Assembly: GCA_963823665.1 (NCBI GenBank)
Contig: CAWGMQ010000005.1
Coordinates: 320,001-384,000 of the forward strand
Source of the DNA: an uncultured Planctomycetota bacterium
Lineage (GTDB): Bacteria; Planctomycetota; Planctomycetia; Isosphaerales; Isosphaeraceae
Direction: 5' to 3'
DNA: 64,000 nucleotides
Numbering within the stretch: the stretch's first letter is position 1; each line of letters starts with the position of its first letter. Below the pieces are notes generated by a model that ran no database searches, was not told where the DNA came from, and worked only from the letters and a program-made list of their open reading frames with translations. A program made the translations under genes and the position numbers. Below, piece after piece: positions 19,656-29,735 of this stretch.

Positions 19656-21220
19656 CTTTGTCCTTACCATCATCTTCATCATACCGATGAAGATACGTCG
19701 ATGATAGCCTCGGCGCCCCGGATCATGATCTGCAGCTTGTCCCAACCCCGCCAGATCGTCATCCAACCTGGCTCCCCATCGTGGCGGCGGCCCAGGAACC
19801 CTCCCAGCTTGGCCAACTCCCGAAAAAATCCTCCCGCAGTTAATATTGTCGTGGGCGCCAATCTGCGCACCACCTTCAGCATCATCACGTATTTGGGCGG
19901 TACCACCTCGGTCGCAGGCTGCTCGGGAGCTGTCCGCGCCATTCCCTTCAACTGGAACAACCGCAGTGCTTCCACAGACATCAATCCCATCATGGCTTCG
20001 AGACGATCGCACGTCTTGAGCTGGCGACGTTCTACCTGAAAGCCTGTTTTCAGGACCTTGTGCCACTCCTCGATTAGCCACCTCTTCCCGTAGTACCCCA
20101 CGATCGCCATAGCATCTTCAAAATCCTCCACCAGCAAAGAAGTGTAAAGCACCCACTCGATCGCCTCCACTCCGTCGGGAGCATCTACCTCGCGCACCCA
20201 GACGACCCACATGGGGATCGCCGCGGGCTTGACCTGCTTCAGAAATGGGCTTTTGAGTTTCGGCGTCGGCATCCGTAAGGCCCCGATGGCGACCACCAGC
20301 TTGGCCGTCCGAGCCGGTGCTTTGGGGCGAGCCCGCAGATTGAGCGTGTAACATCCAGCCCGCGGCAGGGTCCCTAAGTAGGCTTTCAGCGGCGTTTCCC
20401 CGCTCTCCGGCGTGATAATGATCCGGATCAGGCTCTTGGCTCGCGCCACCCATTCGGTTTCTGTCTGCTGGCAGTGATAGAAAAACTCAAAGTCGTCGGC
20501 GCCACGATCAACTACGTGAATCCAGGAGGTTCCCGACGGCGGGGATCCCATTTGGATGACAAGATCACCCCAGATCTGTGATTCGCGATCGTCACGCTGC
20601 AACCGTTCGGTCCGCGTCTCCCCCTTACGAACGCGCTGACGATGATAGATCAGTTGTCCGGCCAAGCCGTGAACCCGGTCGTCTTCGGGGGAAACCATCA
20701 AACCCGAGTGAAGGTGAAAGCCTTGTCCGATACCCGAACCAACCGGCGAAAGACCTGTGACCTGTCGGCACGGCCCGTAATCGATTTCGGTCGTGTCTGC
20801 GATGATCAATTGACGCTCACCTGCTGTCTTCTTGGTAAGCTCCCAATGGTGACTGGCGATCGCTTGAAAGGTGACGTCCTCACAATCGAAGAAAATGTAT
20901 GCGGCCCTCAGATCATTCCAGGATTCGGTTTGCTGAGGAAAACTCCCGGACGGATCTGCGGCGATCTGCGTTGCCAACAGAACGAGTCGTTTGGTACGGC
21001 GTTCGTCATGAAGATCAGTGGTGGCGAATTGGGTCATGGCCCAAGTCTGCGCATCTGAAAGAAAGGTGTCCATCCGAGGCTCCGGCGGTTGAAACGCGAT
21101 CCCTCCCCCCCACCTCAGCGTGTGGCTTGGCTTGATATTACCAGGTGCGAAGCGAGAAAAGCCGGGAAAAGGCCGGGGAAGCGCACCTATGACCACCAGA
21201 AAATGATGGTAAGGACAAAG
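19656..21220 (-). mobile_element. IS4-family (IS50/Tn5-like) insertion sequence, apparently intact
   Basis: Perfect 18-bp IRs CTTTGTCCTTACCATCAT / ATGATGGTAAGGACAAAG; 8-bp direct repeat GCTCGCGC at 19648-19655 and 21221-21228. Confidence 0.92.
19679..21073 (-). CDS. IS4-family (Tn5-like) transposase
   Basis: WAMTQF...LHDERRTKRL, IADTTEID, VVDRGADDFE, YGKRWLIEEWHKVLKTG (YREK), LAKLGGFLGRRHDGEPGWMTIWRGW. Confidence 0.93.
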   Translation of the reverse strand: MDTFLSDAQTWAMTQFATTDLHDERRTKRLVLLATQIAADPSGSFPQQTESWNDLRAAYIFFDCEDVTFQAIASHHWELTKKTAGERQLIIADTTEIDYGPCRQVTGLSPVGSGIGQGFHLHSGLMVSPEDDRVHGLAGQLIYHRQRVRKGETRTERLQRDDRESQIWGDLVIQMGSPPSGTSWIHVVDRGADDFEFFYHCQQTETEWVARAKSLIRIIITPESGETPLKAYLGTLPRAGCYTLNLRARPKAPARTAKLVVAIGALRMPTPKLKSPFLKQVKPAAIPMWVVWVREVDAPDGVEAIEWVLYTSLLVEDFEDAMAIVGYYGKRWLIEEWHKVLKTGFQVERRQLKTCDRLEAMMGLMSVEALRLFQLKGMARTAPEQPATEVVPPKYVMMLKVVRRLAPTTILTAGGFFRELAKLGGFLGRRHDGEPGWMTIWRGWDKLQIMIRGAEAIIDVSSSV

Positions 21221-22414
21221 GCTCGCGCCCCAGGCTTTATGATTTCGCCCCGTTCGGGGCTGTGGGAGGGAACACCGCGGGATCATGCATCGGTTTACCA
21301 TGTCAGGCTATTGCATCGAAGGATCGATTAGTCGGTTGCGTTCCGGTCTTCCGGACGAAACATGTACTATTCAATACTAATTGGGTGTTTTCTGATCTTT
21401 GATTGATTCTGGGACGATCGACCGGTGCGAGTAGCACATTTTTATGCGTCACACGTATCGAGAATGATGGCATCGAGTTGGGTTCGATTGGTGCCGCACC
21501 TGAATTTGGCTGCGTCACACGTAAGTCCAATTGCTGCAAGGCTGTGTCGCACGTGACGCAGAAAATGGGGGGCCGAAAAGGTTTTTTAAACGCCCGCTGC
21601 CGCGGGCGAGCGCGTGTGAGGCGAATGCTCGAAACGATTCGCGGGAGGTTCGTCGAGTGGGAACGGGGACGCGCTTTCGCTGAGCGAAAGGCGAATATGG
21701 GGTGGGGGCTGCCGAGACGTTTCCAACGAACGGCAGTGGCGGGGTTCGTTCCCTTAATCCTTGCAGGGAAAGGATGCGCGTCGAATATACAAAACGAACT
21801 GGCTTGGCAGTTGGCGGTTGGCAGTTGGAAGGAGGGAGACCCGCGCCGAATGAGAGGCTGCACGTCCCCCGCCGCCTGCGGCGGCAGGTCGTCTACGCGG
21901 GGGGGGGGGAAGGATGCCGACACTAATCATTTGACCGCGTGTTCACAATGAACAAAGAAATCGCGCAAAGCCGCGGGGGCGATCATTTTGCTCCAGGGGC
22001 CGAGGAAGCCCTTGATGCAACGAAATTCGCAGCCCTATTTGCACTTGCGCGGGGCGAATGGAGCCGATTAGGGGCGCGGAGCGCACCGTAGCGATTTTGG
22101 AGCTGAGAGAGACACTCGACGGTGTGGTGCGGCATGAGGCGCGGGATGATGGCTGCTGCTGGGTTCTCGGGGTCGGAACGAGATTGGGATTAAGATTAGG
22201 ATTAAGATTAGGATACGTTTTGGACCTTTTTTCATTTCACTCGAACCGAGATCTGCGGCGCCTGGGGTGCGCGGTCTTTCCTGCGCCAAAGCCCCACGTC
22301 CGCCGCCTGCGGCGGCACCTCCCCCGCGCTCGGCGGAGCAAAGCCTGAGGTCCCTTCGCGGAGAGGCTGTCATCTTTTGGCCGCGTTGCGGTAACTCGGC
22401 CGTTGGGCCTAGTC

Positions 22415-24012
22415 GGCTGTGATTCACCGCTTGGTCGCTCGGTTAGTGCCGCCGATTCACGCCAGTTCTCCAATAGCCCAGCCGTTGACGCAAACGCGCT
22501 TTCCTATTTTGTCCCTTTTTTGCAAAGTACCGCTCATTCCGCCAGTTTGCCCATCGCTCGGCGCAGTCTCCCTGCGACAACCAGGTTGTGAGCAATTGCA
22601 AACAACAATGCGACGGCGCGGCAACGCGGTTGGCCACGCACGGGCATAAACCAGAATCCTCGATTGCGAGCCTGGGCGTTGACCCACTCGGCTGTTTGGC
22701 CTCGCAGCCGGTAGATCAGCTTCGCGGCCTCGGTCCCCATTCGGATCCGCCAAGCGGCAACCGCTTCGCTGTCGCCCTTCTTTGCGGTGTAGGGATCTTC
22801 TCCATTTGCCTGTTTCTTTTTCTCGTCTCTGATCGGCCCGTATACGATGCAGCCGCGTTGGGCCGCCTGATCGATCGAGTCCTTGGTCGTGAAGCCACCG
22901 TCAACCAATGCCTCATCCGGAATTCGTTCGTAACGCTCCTCCAACTGGTCGAGCATGGGCGGAAGTTCTTCGCCATCGTTCCCTGCGTTGGTCACCTCCA
23001 CACCCACAATCACACCGCTTTCGGTGTCTGTTGTGAATTGAACGTTATATCCCGGCCGGAATCCTCCGTCTGGAAACTTCATGATCCTCGCGTCGGGGTC
23101 GGTGGTCGAAGCACGCGCTTCCCGCCCCTTGCGGCCGTAGGACTCGTCACGTTCGCGTTGCAGCTCCTCGCACTGCCGCATCGCTTCTTCGATCCGTTGC
23201 TGTCGCTTGTTGGCGGCACGCTCCCGCGCCGCTCGCTGCCGTCGAGTCAGCTCTGCTGTGTCCTCCTCGGCCAGTTTCTTCAGCGCCTCAACCTGCTCCT
23301 TCGCCGCTTTCAGGCACTCCTCCAGGCTACCGCGACGACGAAACGAGCTCTTGCCCGCGCTGGCACGCACTCTCATTCCGTCCTGAGCGACCCGGTCCAT
23401 TTTCACCAACCCGGCATGGAGCAGGGTGCCCACGATCTGCGTGAGCAGTTCGTTCAACTTCTCGCCCCCACAAGCGAGGAAGTGGGACAACATGCTGTGG
23501 TTGACGGTTACGCCGCCGCACAGCCACTGGTACGGCAGACTCCCTTGGTTCTTTTCGCACAGCCGTTCGATTTCACGGGCGCTGCCGACTCCCTTCAATG
23601 TGGCGAAAACCCGCAATCCGACCAGCAAGCGCGGGTCGGTGGCATCTCGGCCGACATGTCGCTCGACGGCCTTGATCTCGCCGAGCCAGGCTTTCAGATC
23701 GAGCTTGCAGACCGCCGCCCAGACGACCCGGGCCGGATGGTCGGCCTCGAGCAATTCATCGAGCGATGCCCAGCGCATCTCGATCTGGTCGCGTACGGGA
23801 CACCGCAGCCGCGGCTTGCCAGTTGGCATCGACTGGGCAGCCTGGGCGGGAGAGGGCTGATCGGGCAAGTCTTCTGGGCTAAAGAGAGGAAGTGTCATGA
23901 CGCTCGTCCTGCAACACCGGGGCTGCGTGGGGCTCATGCGGCGGACTACATGCATGGTATTAGAACGTGAACACTATACAAAATCAACCCCAACGCCGAA
24001 AAAATCACAGCC
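22415..24012 (-). mobile_element. IS1182-family insertion sequence
   Basis: Short IRs GGCTGTGATT (22415) / AATCACAGCC (24003-24012) bracket the transposase; ends are tentative. Confidence 0.65.
22534..23898 (-). CDS. IS1182-family transposase
   Basis: LDELLEADHPARVVW, DPRLL, SAREIERLC, AQDGMRVRASAG, STTDPDARIMK, PGYNVQ, LVDGGF, YRLRGQTAEWVNA, AIAHNL. Confidence 0.9.
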   Translation of the reverse strand: MTLPLFSPEDLPDQPSPAQAAQSMPTGKPRLRCPVRDQIEMRWASLDELLEADHPARVVWAAVCKLDLKAWLGEIKAVERHVGRDATDPRLLVGLRVFATLKGVGSAREIERLCEKNQGSLPYQWLCGGVTVNHSMLSHFLACGGEKLNELLTQIVGTLLHAGLVKMDRVAQDGMRVRASAGKSSFRRRGSLEECLKAAKEQVEALKKLAEEDTAELTRRQRAARERAANKRQQRIEEAMRQCEELQRERDESYGRKGREARASTTDPDARIMKFPDGGFRPGYNVQFTTDTESGVIVGVEVTNAGNDGEELPPMLDQLEERYERIPDEALVDGGFTTKDSIDQAAQRGCIVYGPIRDEKKKQANGEDPYTAKKGDSEAVAAWRIRMGTEAAKLIYRLRGQTAEWVNAQARNRGFWFMPVRGQPRCRAVALLFAIAHNLVVAGRLRRAMGKLAE

Positions 24013-24109
24013 TCGGAGCGAAGGGCGACAATGGGCGAAGATACGCGTGAGACTGACCACTCCCGGCACGAAAGTCAGCGAATTGGAAGCCTCATATCGC
24101 GCCCAGCAT

Positions 24110-24348
24110 CCGGTGGACCAGTCTTCCACAAGCAGATTCGGAATCCGTTGGAAGTCGCGAAGATTCCGCGAGACCAAGACACCTCCGTGCTCCAGCACGA
24201 TCGCAGCAATCCGCAAATCCATCTTTCGCACGTTGAGTTTCAACTTTTTCAACAACATAAAGGCTCATGGGATTTCCGGATCGTCTTCGATTTTCTGGCG
24301 ATATGCCTCGATTTCCGCTCGCCAACGATCGAAGAGAGGCTCGTCTCG
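24110..24348 (-). pseudogene. Remnant type II TA pair: antitoxin C-terminus plus internally deleted VapC
   Basis: RDEPLFDRWRAEIEAYRQKIEDDPEIP* overlaps (ATGA) MSLYV, which is joined out of frame to the VapC end LKLNVRKMDLRIAAIVLEHGGVLVSRNLRDFQRIPNLLVEDWS. Confidence 0.75.
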
Positions 24349-24422
24349 ATTCACAGAGAAAACGGGTGGCCTGGTTGTAACTGCCGAACTCGCACTCATA
24401 GACTGGAACGGGGGGGAGAGCG

Positions 24423-25061
24423 TTGAGGATCGTCTGGATACTCGTCGCGGTAATCGCCATTTTACTAGCGCTCAGTCTGGCCTGGCGGTGGGCCAGTCGA
24501 AGACGGTCGCTCCCTTGCCCGGCGCTTCTGGCATGGACCCTCGAGAACCCAATCCTCCAGCGGTTCAACGGCACAAGGCTCGTCCTGGATCGGTTGGGGC
24601 TACGGCCCGGACAGCACGTCTTGGAGATTGGGCCGGGGCCGGGACGGCTGCTCATACCGGCCGCGAACCACGTGCTTCCCGACGGTGAAGCCGTCGGGAT
24701 CGATATCCAACCGGCGATGATCACACGGCTCGAGCGCCGCGCCGATCAGGCAGGAATCACCAACTTGAAGGCCATTCTCGGTGATGCAGCCCAACCCCAC
24801 GTGCCTGAAGTGAGCTTCGACGTCGTCTTCCTGTGTGCGGCACTCGGTGAGATCCCGGATCGCGCTGCCGCTCTGGCGCAGGCTTATCGCGCGCTCAAGC
24901 CGGGAGGGGTCCTGTCGATCACGGAGATGTTCGGCGATCCTCATTACCAGACTCGATCGGTCGTCGAGCGGCTTGGTCTGGAAGCGGGATTTCGCCTGCA
25001 ATCTCTCCGCGGCGGCTGGTGGCTCTTCACGGCTGATTTCATCAAACCCGTTGCCGCGTGA
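24423..25061 (+). CDS. Class I SAM-dependent methyltransferase with N-terminal TM helix
   Basis: VLEIGPGPG, GIDIQ, FDVVFL..ALGEIPD...AL....RALKPGG. Confidence 0.88.
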   Translation: MRIVWILVAVIAILLALSLAWRWASRRRSLPCPALLAWTLENPILQRFNGTRLVLDRLGLRPGQHVLEIGPGPGRLLIPAANHVLPDGEAVGIDIQPAMITRLERRADQAGITNLKAILGDAAQPHVPEVSFDVVFLCAALGEIPDRAAALAQAYRALKPGGVLSITEMFGDPHYQTRSVVERLGLEAGFRLQSLRGGWWLFTADFIKPVAA

Positions 25062-25077
25062 GCGGTCAACAATGGTG

Positions 25078-27168
25078 TCAAAAATCAAACTGATCGATGT
25101 TTTCCTTGGTGAAGACAAACGGCTTACCCAGCAGAATGTTGTCGCCTTTGATTTCGATCTTGCCGAGCCGGCCGGCTTCGATCGAGGTTGCGCCGGGCTT
25201 CAATGTCCCGTCTTTGAGCGCAGCCGCGGCCTTGACCGTCAGGTACCCCAGGTCCATCGTGTTCCAGAGGACGACGCAGTCGGTGATTCCTTCGTGGACA
25301 TAACGCTTGTTGTCATTGGGAAGACCGAGGCCGATCACCTTGACGTCGGTGCGGCCGGACTGCTTGACCGCTTCGGCGGCGCCGGGGACCGCCGGCGTGC
25401 AGATGGCCATGAAGAGCTTGACACTCGGGTCAGCATTCATCACGGTGTTGGCCTCGTCGAATGCCTTCTTCTGGAGGTCGTCGCAAGGCCGCAGCGCCGC
25501 CATCTTGATTTGAGGGTACTTCTCGAGCCGGCGGGCCTCGATCGTTTTTTGCCATTCGATCATGTTGCCCGCGGTGAGCGACGCTGTGATGATCGCGAAC
25601 GAGCCCTTGCCACCCAGCACGCGCGCGGCATTGTCCATCAAGGTTTGGCCGATCCCTTCCGGCGTCGCTTGATTGACGAAGAACTCGCGTGCCGTCGGGT
25701 CGGCGTCGGCGTCCCAGGTGAGCACCTTGATTCCGCGGTAGCGGGCCTTGCGCAGCACGGAGCTGATCCCCTCGCGGTTCTCGACGGCGACCGCGATCAC
25801 ATCCACCCCGCGCGTGATCCAGGTGTCGACCACCTCATTCTGTTTGGCAGGATCGGGATCGGTCGGCCCATCCCAGATGAGCTTGATTCCCAGCTCGCGC
25901 GCCGCTTCTTCAGCTCCCTTGCGGCACGCAATGAAATAGGCGTTGCCCTTGCTCTTGGGCATCATCGCCACGGTGATGGGCGAGGCAGCCGGCGCGGGCC
26001 TGGCGGCAGACGCGGATGCCGGCGAGGGCGCAGCCTCAACCCGGCCACGATCGCTTTTGAGCGAGTGCACGAGGAAATAGTTACCGGCCGCGTTGATCAG
26101 GGCCGCCGCCAGGATGGCCGCGCAGATCACGGCGACTTGCGAGTTCTTCACGGTCAAGGGCTCCGAGGAATGTTGGCTGTGGATCCTGGCCCCGGACGAA
26201 TGCCGGTCCAACCCGATCGCAACCAGGAGAAGCGTTCCCGTCAAGACGCCTGCCAGCTCGGACGGGAGGTCAGCGAGGCGCAGGCCGTTCTGAAGTACGG
26301 CGATCGCCAGCAGGCCGAGCAACGTGCCGGGAATGCTGCCGCGGCCGCCGAAGATCGACGTGCCACCGAGCACAACAGCCGTGATGGCCGCCAGCTCGTA
26401 GCCAGTGCCGGCGTCGGCCTTGGCCTGGCCGAGATGGGCGACGTAAATGATGGCGGCCAGGCTGGCGACCAGCCCCGAGAGAATGTAAGCCAGCATGAGG
26501 AGCCGCTCAACCCGCAGTCCGGCGTAGCGAGCACCCCCCGAGGAAAAGCCGATCGCCACCAGGCCGCGGCCGACGGTCATCCGATGCAGCAGCAACCAGA
26601 ACGCGATGGCGACCAGAATGAAGATCGGCAACTGCGCGGGGAGCCAGCCCAGGAGATAACCCTGCCCGAGAAACAGAAACCGTTCGGGAAACTGGGTGAA
26701 GTTGTCGACGCCGCCGGTGATGCCCTCGGCCAGCCCGCGGTACAGGGAGAAGGAACCGAGAGTCACGATCAGCGGCGGAATGCGCCCGCGCGTGATCAAG
26801 AAACCATTCACGAATCCGCCCGAGGCACCGAGGCAGAGGGCCAGCCCCGCGGCGGCGGCGGTTGGCATTCCGCCGTCGCGCCAGAGCTTGCCGAACACGA
26901 CCGCCGAGAGACCCATGAGTGACCCGACCGAAAGGTCGATGCCGCCGCTGGTGATCACGGGCGTCAAAGCCAGCGCGAGCAGGCCGATTTCCACGCAAAG
27001 ACGCAGGACCTCAAGACCGTTGGCGAGCGAGGCGAAATTGGTGCCGATCAGCGAGAAGACGACGATTTCCAGCACGAGGAGCAGCGCCAGGATCGCCTGT
27101 GCGGGCTCGAGGAGCTGCTGGCCGAGCGGATATCGGGTCGTCGCGGATGGTACGGGCACTCGCGTCAC
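25078..27168 (-). CDS. Sugar ABC transporter permease fused to a rhamnose-type substrate-binding domain (RhaQ-RhaS-like)
   Basis: GGIDLSVGS, IVTLG, ELAAITAVVLGGTSIFGGRG, then MPKSKGNAYF...GPTDPDPAKQ...TWDAD...LWNTMDLGYL...FTKENIDQFDF in one frame. Confidence 0.88.
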   Translation of the reverse strand: MTRVPVPSATTRYPLGQQLLEPAQAILALLLVLEIVVFSLIGTNFASLANGLEVLRLCVEIGLLALALTPVITSGGIDLSVGSLMGLSAVVFGKLWRDGGMPTAAAAGLALCLGASGGFVNGFLITRGRIPPLIVTLGSFSLYRGLAEGITGGVDNFTQFPERFLFLGQGYLLGWLPAQLPIFILVAIAFWLLLHRMTVGRGLVAIGFSSGGARYAGLRVERLLMLAYILSGLVASLAAIIYVAHLGQAKADAGTGYELAAITAVVLGGTSIFGGRGSIPGTLLGLLAIAVLQNGLRLADLPSELAGVLTGTLLLVAIGLDRHSSGARIHSQHSSEPLTVKNSQVAVICAAILAAALINAAGNYFLVHSLKSDRGRVEAAPSPASASAARPAPAASPITVAMMPKSKGNAYFIACRKGAEEAARELGIKLIWDGPTDPDPAKQNEVVDTWITRGVDVIAVAVENREGISSVLRKARYRGIKVLTWDADADPTAREFFVNQATPEGIGQTLMDNAARVLGGKGSFAIITASLTAGNMIEWQKTIEARRLEKYPQIKMAALRPCDDLQKKAFDEANTVMNADPSVKLFMAICTPAVPGAAEAVKQSGRTDVKVIGLGLPNDNKRYVHEGITDCVVLWNTMDLGYLTVKAAAALKDGTLKPGATSIEAGRLGKIEIKGDNILLGKPFVFTKENIDQFDF

Positions 27169-27169
27169 G

Positions 27170-28126
27170 TCACCGTCCCTCCCGGTAGAACGAATCCCAG
27201 GCGACGGCGAGCAGGATGACCAGGCCTTGAACGGCTTTTTCCCATTGGGGCTTCGCGCCCAGGAACGTGAGGTGTGGGTTGGTGCCCAGGAAGACGAGAG
27301 CCGGTGCGATCGAGCCGAGCAAGGCGACGCCGATCGCGGTGCCGGCCAGAGTGCCGCGGCCTCCGGAAACAGCCACACCTCCGACGACCACGGCCGCAAT
27401 GACCTGGAGCTCGAGGCCCGCGCCGGAATTGGGGTCAACATCGGCGAACCGGACGGCGTTGAGAAGCGCGGCCAGGCCGGCGAGTGCACCCATCGTCACG
27501 AAGACGGCGAAGATCACGCGCTGGGGGCGGATGCCCGCGAGCCGGGCTGCCTCGGGGTCGGAGCCCGTGGCGTAGACGAACCGACCCGCCGCCAGGGTAA
27601 AGAGCCCCCAGGCGAAGATCGCGATGACGGCCACCGCGATCGACACAACGACCCACTGGCCGGCGTTCTGGCCCAGACCGAACCACTGGAAGCCGTGCGG
27701 CAGGTTGCGCACGAATTCGCCTTCGCGCGCGTAGCGCAGCGATTCGCGCCAGATCACAAGGGTGGCCAGTGTGACGACGATTGAAGGCAAGCCGAGCCGT
27801 GCGATGAGGACACCGTTGATCGAACCCAAGAGCGCGCCGGCCGCGAGCGTCAAGAGGGCGACCAGTGCGATCGGCAAGCCTGCCTGTGCCAGAAGGCCGG
27901 CCACGACGCCGCAGATGCTGAATATTGAACCGATTGATATGTCGATCTGGCGGCAGAGGATCACGAGCGTCATTCCCACGGCGGCGACCAGCACCGGCGC
28001 GCTGCTGACGACAAACGCGCGAATCTGGTCGCGTCCAAAGAAGCGCGGTGCGGCGAGCGCCATGATGAGGAGGACAATTGCATAAGCGGAGGCGACAGAG
28101 AGCTCGCGGCGGTATCGCGCGATCAT
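27170..28126 (-). CDS. Sugar ABC transporter permease (RhaP-like)
   Basis: QIDISIGS, LPSIVVTLAT, GSDPEAARLAGI, ELQVIAAVVVGG..SGGRG. Confidence 0.9.
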   Translation of the reverse strand: MIARYRRELSVASAYAIVLLIMALAAPRFFGRDQIRAFVVSSAPVLVAAVGMTLVILCRQIDISIGSIFSICGVVAGLLAQAGLPIALVALLTLAAGALLGSINGVLIARLGLPSIVVTLATLVIWRESLRYAREGEFVRNLPHGFQWFGLGQNAGQWVVVSIAVAVIAIFAWGLFTLAAGRFVYATGSDPEAARLAGIRPQRVIFAVFVTMGALAGLAALLNAVRFADVDPNSGAGLELQVIAAVVVGGVAVSGGRGTLAGTAIGVALLGSIAPALVFLGTNPHLTFLGAKPQWEKAVQGLVILLAVAWDSFYREGR

Positions 28127-28225
28127 GTGGGCGCTCCGGAGGGGGAACGTGACGCACTTTCGCGGAGCGAAAGGCGACTTTCGGGCGATCGCGCGATCAT
28201 GTGGGCGCTCCGGAGGGGGCAACGT
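28114..28225. repeat. 32-bp direct repeat flanking a REP-like palindrome at the ATPase/permease junction
   Basis: ATCGCGCGATCATGTGGGCGCTCCGGAGGGGG at 28114-28145 and 28188-28219; CTTTCGC-GGA-GCGAAAG lies between them, with a near-identical copy at 21674-21694. Confidence 0.9.
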
Positions 28226-29708
28226 GGCCGAGCGCGAGGTCGAGGATCGCTTCCTGGGTGGCTGCGGCGCGATCGAGCTCGCCGACGATCGCTCCGCCGT
28301 GCATCACCGCGATCCGGTCGCTCATGCCGAGGATCTCGGGCAGCTCGGAGGAGATCATCATGATCGCGAGTCCGCGGGCGGCGAGGTCGCTCATGAGCCG
28401 GTGGATCTCGGCCTTGGCGCCGACATCCACACCCTGGGTCGGCTCGTCGAGGATCAGGATTTCCGGCCTGGCGGCCAGCCAGCGGGCGAGCGCGACTTTC
28501 TGCTGATTGCCTCCGGACAGGTTGACCACCGGAGTTTCGAGCGAGGCGGTCTTGATCCCGAGCTGGGCGACGAGCCGGGCGGCCGCGGCGCGCTCGCGGC
28601 GAAAGTCGAGCAGGCCGAACCGCGAGACGGCGTGCAGAGTCGCGAGCGTGGTGTTGGCTGCGACGGGCATATCAAGGATCACTCCGTGCCGGCGGCGATC
28701 CTCGGGAACGTAGCCGATCCCGAGTGCGACGGCGCGTGCCGGCGAATTGATCGACACCGGCCGGCCACGAATGAGCAGCTCGCCCGCATCAGCCGGGGTG
28801 AGGCCAAAGAGAACTCGAGCCAGCTCGGTCCGACCGGCCCCGACCAACCCGGCGAGACCCAGGATTTCACCCGCACGCACGTGAAGCGACACGGCGTGCA
28901 CGCCCGTCGCGCGGCATCCCACTTCCCTGGCTTCGAGCACAACCTCGCCCGGCTCGACGAACGTCTTGGGAAATACCGCCGAAAGCTCGCGGCCGACCAT
29001 CATGCGGATCAGCTCGCCGCGAGTGACTTCCTCCATCGCTTGCGTGCCTACGAGTACGCCATCGCGCAGCGCCGTGACCCGGTCGGCCACTCGGGGAAGC
29101 TCCTCGAGGCGATGGGAGATAAAGACGATTCCGACACCCTGGGCCTTGAGCTCGTCGATCACGCGGAAGAGGCGGTCGACTTCCTTGTCGCTGAGCGAGG
29201 CCGTCGGCTCGTCCATGATCACGATGCGGGCGTCGGCCCCGAGCGCGCGCGCGATCTCGACCAACTGCTGCTCGGGCATCGACAGCGTGTTCACTTCCGA
29301 GAGGGGGGATATGGCCGCGCCGATTCGGTCAAGCAAGAGCCTTGCCCGCGCCCGGCGTCGGGACCAGCTCAGGCGCCGCCACGCACCCCTTCCCTCGAGC
29401 CCGATTGCGATGTTCTCGGCAACGGTGAGGTCGCCGAAGAGGGCGGGCTGCTGGTAGATCGCCGCGATGCCCAGGTCGCGCGAGGTTTGGGGGTCCAGGT
29501 CCGCGACCGGCTGGCCCTGGATCTCGATCGTGCCCGAGTCGGGAACATGGGCGCCGGTGATCACCTTGATCAGTGTCGACTTGCCCGCTCCGTTTTCCCC
29601 GACCAGGGCATGAACTTCACCGGCGCGCAGGTCGAACGAGACACGCTTGAGGGCGTCGACTCCCGCGAAGGACTTGCTGATCTCGATCAGCTTGAGCAAC
29701 GTGGACAA
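28197..29708 (-). CDS. Sugar ABC transporter ATP-binding protein (two NBDs, RhaT/RbsA-like)
   Basis: GENGAGKST, IMDEPT, LSGGNQQK, LDEPTQGVDVGAK. Confidence 0.95.
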   Translation of the reverse strand: MSTLLKLIEISKSFAGVDALKRVSFDLRAGEVHALVGENGAGKSTLIKVITGAHVPDSGTIEIQGQPVADLDPQTSRDLGIAAIYQQPALFGDLTVAENIAIGLEGRGAWRRLSWSRRRARARLLLDRIGAAISPLSEVNTLSMPEQQLVEIARALGADARIVIMDEPTASLSDKEVDRLFRVIDELKAQGVGIVFISHRLEELPRVADRVTALRDGVLVGTQAMEEVTRGELIRMMVGRELSAVFPKTFVEPGEVVLEAREVGCRATGVHAVSLHVRAGEILGLAGLVGAGRTELARVLFGLTPADAGELLIRGRPVSINSPARAVALGIGYVPEDRRRHGVILDMPVAANTTLATLHAVSRFGLLDFRRERAAAARLVAQLGIKTASLETPVVNLSGGNQQKVALARWLAARPEILILDEPTQGVDVGAKAEIHRLMSDLAARGLAIMMISSELPEILGMSDRIAVMHGGAIVGELDRAAATQEAILDLALGHVAPSGAPT

Positions 29709-29735
29709 GACGTTTTCCCCCGCTCAAGCCGTGAT

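Noticed and set aside
21300..22410. ORFs in the inter-IS spacer (21303..21923, 21403..21951, 22068..22427)
   Set aside because: Their translations reflect intergenic repeats (ILILILI from the hexamer run, PTANCQ from TTGGCAG repeats); no protein-like signal.
22588..26922. Long opposite-strand ORFs (e.g. 22588..23970, 24835..26922; also 28125..29801, 33850..35391, 36515..37927, 60727..62154)
   Set aside because: They are antisense shadows of well-supported genes, expected in high-GC DNA, and contain no recognisable motifs.
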